Source: Rhodothermales bacterium (lineage in GTDB: Bacteria; Bacteroidota; Rhodothermia; Rhodothermales; DATKEJ01). Taken from it: DNA of 64,000 bases. The DNA is taken from contig OZ244956.1 in assembly GCA_965222505.1 (NCBI GenBank), positions 3,412,674-3,476,673 of the forward strand, in the 5' to 3' direction. Below are positions 60,145 through 64,000 of this stretch, piece after piece. Each line of letters begins with the position of its first letter. The first letter of the stretch is position 1. The position numbers and the translations under genes were made by a program. The notes under the pieces were generated by a model that saw nothing but the letters and a program-made list of their open reading frames with translations, did no database searches and was not told the origin of the DNA.

Positions 60145-61115
60145 ATGAAGCGGTCGATCAGGATGCAGACCACAAACAGCGGGATGTAGAGGACGGAGGC
60201 CAGTAGGACCTTCCGGGCGGCCTGGTTGGATTTGGAGCGATAGAACGCAATGGCGGGTTTCAGGAACGCAACCCCCAGGAGCAAGACCCCTGCGAGGTAC
60301 AGCCAACTGGACAGCCCCAGCGCGAAGGGCACCACGCTGGCTGCAATCACCAACACCGTGAACAGCACCGTCTGGCGTGCTGTCGAATGGCCTTCCGGCT
60401 CAACCACGGGCAACATCGCAAACCGGCCCCGGTCATAATCCTTGCGGTACATCCAGGCCAGCGACAGGAAGTGCGGCATTTGCCAGAAGAACAGTACCGC
60501 AAACAAGGCCCAGCCACCTGCGCCCAGCGAACCCGTTGCTGCCGTCCAGCCACCGAGGGCCGGAAGCGCACCGGGGATACAACCGATCAGGGTATTGTAC
60601 TTGGAGACCCGTTTCAATGGGGTGTAGATGCCGAGGTAGGTCACGGCGGTGAGTGCGGCCAGAAAAGCCGTAAGGCCGTTGATAAAAGCCCACAGTTGAA
60701 GCGTGCCAAGCAGGATGAGCACGGCGCCGAGGATCAAAACGACCGGTGCTGATACCCGGCCCGCAGCGAGGGGGCGATTGGCCGTCCGGCGCATGTTGGG
60801 GTCCAGGTGCCGTTCCAAGTAGTGGTTCAGCATACCGCATCCGGCAGCCGCCACGGTCACGCCCACCAGCGTGTGGAAGAGGCGGACGGCGGATACGCTG
60901 CCTTCCGTGCCCAGAAAAAACCCGGCCAATGCGGAAATGCCCACCAGAAACGTGATTTCCGGTTTGATGAGGTCCCAGTAGTCGAGCGCTTTGGAACGTT
61001 GCGTCCGCTCATTGGCCGACAAGTGCCGTCGCTGGTTCAAGTAAGTGCGCGGGGCGACTGTGCCGGTTTGGGCCGGGAGGGGCGGGGTTTCTGGTAACGA
61101 GGCCGGTGCGGGCAT
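60141..61115 (-). CDS. ctaB: Protoheme IX farnesyltransferase (heme O synthase)
   Basis: UbiA-family pattern: DYWDLIKPEITFL, NHYLERHLDPNMRRTANRPL, YTPLKR, FFWQMPHFLSLAWMYRKDY. Confidence 0.9.
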   Translation of the reverse strand: MPAPASLPETPPLPAQTGTVAPRTYLNQRRHLSANERTQRSKALDYWDLIKPEITFLVGISALAGFFLGTEGSVSAVRLFHTLVGVTVAAAGCGMLNHYLERHLDPNMRRTANRPLAAGRVSAPVVLILGAVLILLGTLQLWAFINGLTAFLAALTAVTYLGIYTPLKRVSKYNTLIGCIPGALPALGGWTAATGSLGAGGWALFAVLFFWQMPHFLSLAWMYRKDYDRGRFAMLPVVEPEGHSTARQTVLFTVLVIAASVVPFALGLSSWLYLAGVLLLGVAFLKPAIAFYRSKSNQAARKVLLASVLYIPLFVVCILIDRFI

Positions 61116-61276
61116 GGAGTAGGGATTGGCGGGTCAAAACATCGGACGCAAGCTACGGCATGGATCGGACACAGTTCCATAAAACGATTTCAATTCCGAT
61201 TGAAAATTGTATCAAGCCCAATACCGGTCATCGGTTGTTGAAGGCCATGCCGTAGATTCACCCCCAATGTAACCCC

Positions 61277-61306
61277 CGTAGGGACACGGCATGCCGTGTC
61301 CCTACG
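61277..61306. promoter_or_regulatory. 30-bp perfect palindrome in the ctaB-glmM divergent intergenic region
   Basis: CGTAGGGACACGGCA|TGCCGTGTCCCTACG gave 15/15 complementary positions when checked base by base. It lies 36 nt upstream of the glmM ATG. Confidence 0.5.
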
Positions 61307-61341
61307 TAAACAATTGGAAAAAAAACGAGAGAGGCACATTT

Positions 61342-62733
61342 ATGCCGTTAATGGTATCCATCTCGGGCATCCGGGGCATCTTCGGCGACGGTCTCGACCC
61401 GAAGGTGCTGGTTTCTTTTGCATCTGCCTACGGTACCTGGTGCCGGAAACGCGCCGAAGACATCGGGCATGACCCGTGCATTGTCATCGGTCGGGATGCG
61501 CGGGTGACCGGGGATGTGTGCAGCCGCATCGTGATGGCCACGTTGCAAAGTGTGGGGTGTGATGTAATTGATGCGGGCCTGGCCACCACGCCAACGGTTG
61601 AGATGGCCGTATTGTTTGAAAAAGCTGTTGGCGGCATCGTACTGTCCGCTTCGCACAATCCGGCCCAGTGGAATGCGCTGAAGCTGCTCAATGAGAAGGG
61701 CGAGTTTTTGTCGGCAGCGCAGGGGCAGATGGTGCTGGACCTCATGGATACCGAGGCTGCCAATGCCGTGGCATACGACCAGATCGGGGCGTACCGCAAG
61801 CAGGATTATCTAGACGCGCACATTGATGCCATTCTGGCCCTGCCGTACATCCATCCGGAGCAGATTGCGGCTCAAAACTTCAAGGTGGCCGTAGACGGCA
61901 TCAACTCCGTCGGCGGTGTAGCCATTCCGGTCTTGCTTGAACGGCTTGGAGTAGCCCCCGAAAACATCATCCGGTTACACTGTGAACCCACAGGCATCTT
62001 TGCCCACAACCCCGAACCCTTGCCCGCGCACCTGAACGAGATCATGGAAACCGTACGCGAGACCGGCGCCGATCTGGGCATCGTCGTCGATCCGGATGCG
62101 GACCGGCTGGCGCTGGTTGAAAATGGCGGTCGGTTTTTCGGCGAGGAACTCACCCAGGTGATTGCAGCCGATTTCATGTGGCGCTTTCGGTCCGGCGCGT
62201 TTGTGACCAACCTGTCCTCGTCCCGTACCATTGAAGATGTAGCGGCCAGGTATGGACAAGATGTGCATCGCTCGGCGGTGGGGGAGGTCAACGTGGTTGG
62301 GCGCATGAAAGCCGTCGATGCCGTGCTGGGAGGAGAGGGCAATGGCGGAGTGATTTTGCCCGATTTGCATTACGGGCGCGATGGCCTCATCGGCGTGGCG
62401 ATGGTGCTTCAGCATCTGGCAGATACGGGGCAGGCGTTGTCCGATTTCCGGACCGCGTTCCCGAGCTATGTGATTTCCAAAAACAAAATCCCGCTCGGCA
62501 CACTGAATGCCGATGCCGTGTTGCGCCAGATGGCCGAGACCTACAAGGCTGAGCGGATCTCCACGGTAGATGGGGTGAAGGTTGATTTTGAGGACGGATG
62601 GGTACATTTGCGCAAGTCCAATACCGAGCCCATCATCCGGATTTATGCCGAAGGACGGTCTGAAGCCGAGGCTGAAGCCCTGGCCGGGCGGTTTATGGAA
62701 GAAATTCAGGCGTTGGGTGGTCTAAATGATTAG
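61342..62733 (+). CDS. glmM: Phosphoglucosamine mutase (alpha-D-phosphohexomutase family)
   Basis: SISGIRG, GGIVLSASHNPAQWNALK (active-site Ser), GIVVDPDADRLALV, GGEGNGG. ATG 61342. Confidence 0.85.
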   Translation: MPLMVSISGIRGIFGDGLDPKVLVSFASAYGTWCRKRAEDIGHDPCIVIGRDARVTGDVCSRIVMATLQSVGCDVIDAGLATTPTVEMAVLFEKAVGGIVLSASHNPAQWNALKLLNEKGEFLSAAQGQMVLDLMDTEAANAVAYDQIGAYRKQDYLDAHIDAILALPYIHPEQIAAQNFKVAVDGINSVGGVAIPVLLERLGVAPENIIRLHCEPTGIFAHNPEPLPAHLNEIMETVRETGADLGIVVDPDADRLALVENGGRFFGEELTQVIAADFMWRFRSGAFVTNLSSSRTIEDVAARYGQDVHRSAVGEVNVVGRMKAVDAVLGGEGNGGVILPDLHYGRDGLIGVAMVLQHLADTGQALSDFRTAFPSYVISKNKIPLGTLNADAVLRQMAETYKAERISTVDGVKVDFEDGWVHLRKSNTEPIIRIYAEGRSEAEAEALAGRFMEEIQALGGLND

Positions 62734-62806
62734 TAGATAGTGTATAGGCGATCGAAACATGCGCTTGTTGCTGCCCGTTAACGCACCGGAGACGGTAACA
62801 TGAGGC

Positions 62807-62830
62807 GCGTGTTGCATAGCGCACTTTTTT
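62807..62830 (+). repeat. GCGTGTTGC unit followed by a T6 tract after glmM (related motif; possible weak terminator)
   Basis: ggcGCGTGTTGCatagcgcacTTTTTT. The same 9-mer GCGTGTTGC occurs at 5611 and 23897 (CGTGTTGCG at 24195). Only a 4-bp GCGC/GCGC stem is evident. Confidence 0.35.
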
Positions 62831-62840
62831 CGGTACAGCG

Positions 62841-63587
62841 ATGAGAAGAAACGACTGGATCGGCCTGCTCACCAGTTTCCTGGTACATGCCCTGTTGCTG
62901 GTCACTTTTTTGTTTATCACAACCACTCCGGAGCCCGTTACGGCTGGTTTTCTGGAAGTCGAATTTGGTCCGTTGGCGCAGGGGCGGCCCGTACAGCAAG
63001 CGCCGGAACCGCGGGAGGAAGATGTTGAAACCGAGGCCGAAGAACAGGTCGAGGAAACCCCGCCGCCGGAAATACCGGATGAGGAGACCAAGCCCGTAGA
63101 CTTGCCTGATCAGCCCGAGCCGGTTGTAGAAGAAGAGGTGATCAATACCCCGGAAACCGATGTCATTGCGCCGGAGCAGGTGCAGCCCGATGAGGTCCAG
63201 CAGGATTCCGATACGCAAAACGAGTCCACGGAATCCACGGGCGGTGGTCAACCCGAAGGTACCGATGGTGATGAGTCCGGGCAGGATGGGGCCGGGGCTG
63301 AGGAAGCCAAAACAGCCCCCTTCGTGCTCGAAGGCATAGACCGGGTGCCGCTCCGAACCACGTTGCCCCAGTATGTCGACAAGGTGAACGCGATCATTCA
63401 GGTCCGAATCACGGTTTCACCGAAAGGACGCATCATCCGTGTGATTCCCGTACGCAAGGGCAATGCCTCGCTGGAACGGGCCGTCACGCAGGTCCTTTTG
63501 CAGCGCTGGCAGTTTAATCCACTCGCCCCCAATGTTCCGCAAGAGAACCAGACGGGGACGATTACTTTTCGCTTCCGGTTAGAGTAA
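62841..63587 (+). CDS. TonB family energy transducer
   Basis: N-terminal anchor IGLLTSFLVHALLLVTFLFI, a Pro/Glu-rich spacer, and a C-terminal TonB_C-like region (VNAIIQVRITVSPKGRIIRVIPVRKGNASLERAVTQVLLQRWQFNP). Confidence 0.85.
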   Translation: MRRNDWIGLLTSFLVHALLLVTFLFITTTPEPVTAGFLEVEFGPLAQGRPVQQAPEPREEDVETEAEEQVEETPPPEIPDEETKPVDLPDQPEPVVEEEVINTPETDVIAPEQVQPDEVQQDSDTQNESTESTGGGQPEGTDGDESGQDGAGAEEAKTAPFVLEGIDRVPLRTTLPQYVDKVNAIIQVRITVSPKGRIIRVIPVRKGNASLERAVTQVLLQRWQFNPLAPNVPQENQTGTITFRFRLE

Positions 63588-63750
63588 AGCGTCCTTCCAT
63601 GGAGATTCTGTGTGTGGGGTTGCTTCTTCACCGGGTAATAGATAGCTTTCGGCATGTTTCGCTGAATCATTCCGATCCTTCCGACGCAAAACGTTTCGCA
63701 CACGTACCCTTCCGACTTACTGGTATAACCCATCTTATCTGCAGTAATCC

Positions 63751-64000
63751 GTGTTACGTAAAGTCGAAATAACAGCGCTGATCATCACCGACTTTCTTTT
63801 TCTAAGTCTGGGCATGCTGTTCTACTACATGGCACGCTTTCGGTGGGGATGGGTAGCCACGGGGCCTGAGCCACCCAATCCCTTTGTGGCCATGCTCTTC
63901 GTGACATCGGTATGGATGATTCTTTTCCTCTTTGCCGGGCTGTACCGTGAACAGTTTGCCCCCAGCCGGTTCGATGAAGTCACCCTGCTGATTAAAATAG
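63751..64000 (+). CDS. Probable start of an exopolysaccharide polyprenyl glycosylphosphotransferase (sugar transferase); 3' end outside the window
   Basis: The frame is open from GTG 63751 to the window end: VLRKVEITALIITDFLFLSLGMLFYYMARF...MILFLFAGLYREQFAPSRFDEV. This is the typical N-terminal TM region plus the GLY..(x)SR.DE motif. Confidence 0.45.
   Translation, partial: MLRKVEITALIITDFLFLSLGMLFYYMARFRWGWVATGPEPPNPFVAMLFVTSVWMILFLFAGLYREQFAPSRFDEVTLLIKI

Noticed and set aside
61291-61341. Upstream ATG at 61291 as the glmM start (track ORF 61291-62733).
   Set aside because: That ATG lies inside the 30-bp palindrome. The conserved phosphohexomutase N-terminus (MPLMVSISGIRG) begins at ATG 61342.

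Overview
This is a 64-kb, gene-dense chromosomal window with high GC. The gene content (DUF4105/Lnb-like, PVC-type heme-binding protein, TonB, DUF481, HlyD/TolC/ABC-2 efflux) suggests a Bacteroidota/Rhodothermota-like bacterium, but that is an inference only. I support about 50 CDS, one tRNA-Ala(CGC), two gene remnants and a set of intergenic repeats. I saw no rRNA, CRISPR array, integrase or transposase. Housekeeping genes include the GyrB/ParE C-terminus, acnA, nadC, accA, nth, ctaB/cyoE and glmM. There is a 7-gene TetR-TolC-HlyD-ABC efflux operon (31.2-38.5 kb). The clearest accessory region is a type I R-M operon (hsdM-hsdS-antitoxin/ParE toxin-hsdR, 16.6-23.4 kb). It sits against the 3' end of tRNA-Ala and appears to have truncated a DUF433/PIN-like TA pair. 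The signal I consider most unusual is non-genic. It is a family of heptamer-periodic (NNNCAAT)n arrays, mostly arranged as inverted repeats. They occupy at least 10 intergenic leaders, have the C/A-rich strand in the sense orientation, and often end within 0-18 nt of the downstream ATG. Other candidates are listed below:
- An uncharacterised polytopic membrane protein sits 4 nt upstream of an orphan beta-class DNA methyltransferase (57.9-60.1 kb).
- A divergent HMG-CoA reductase with a novel N-terminal domain lies in a row with an acyltransferase and a DUF445 protein (4.0-8.3 kb).
- A structured 254-bp spacer splits the two ABC ATPase genes.
- An S9 peptidase remnant follows acnA.
- A 30-bp perfect palindrome lies in the ctaB-glmM divergent region.
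All family calls come from reading the translated ORFs by eye. No searches were run.
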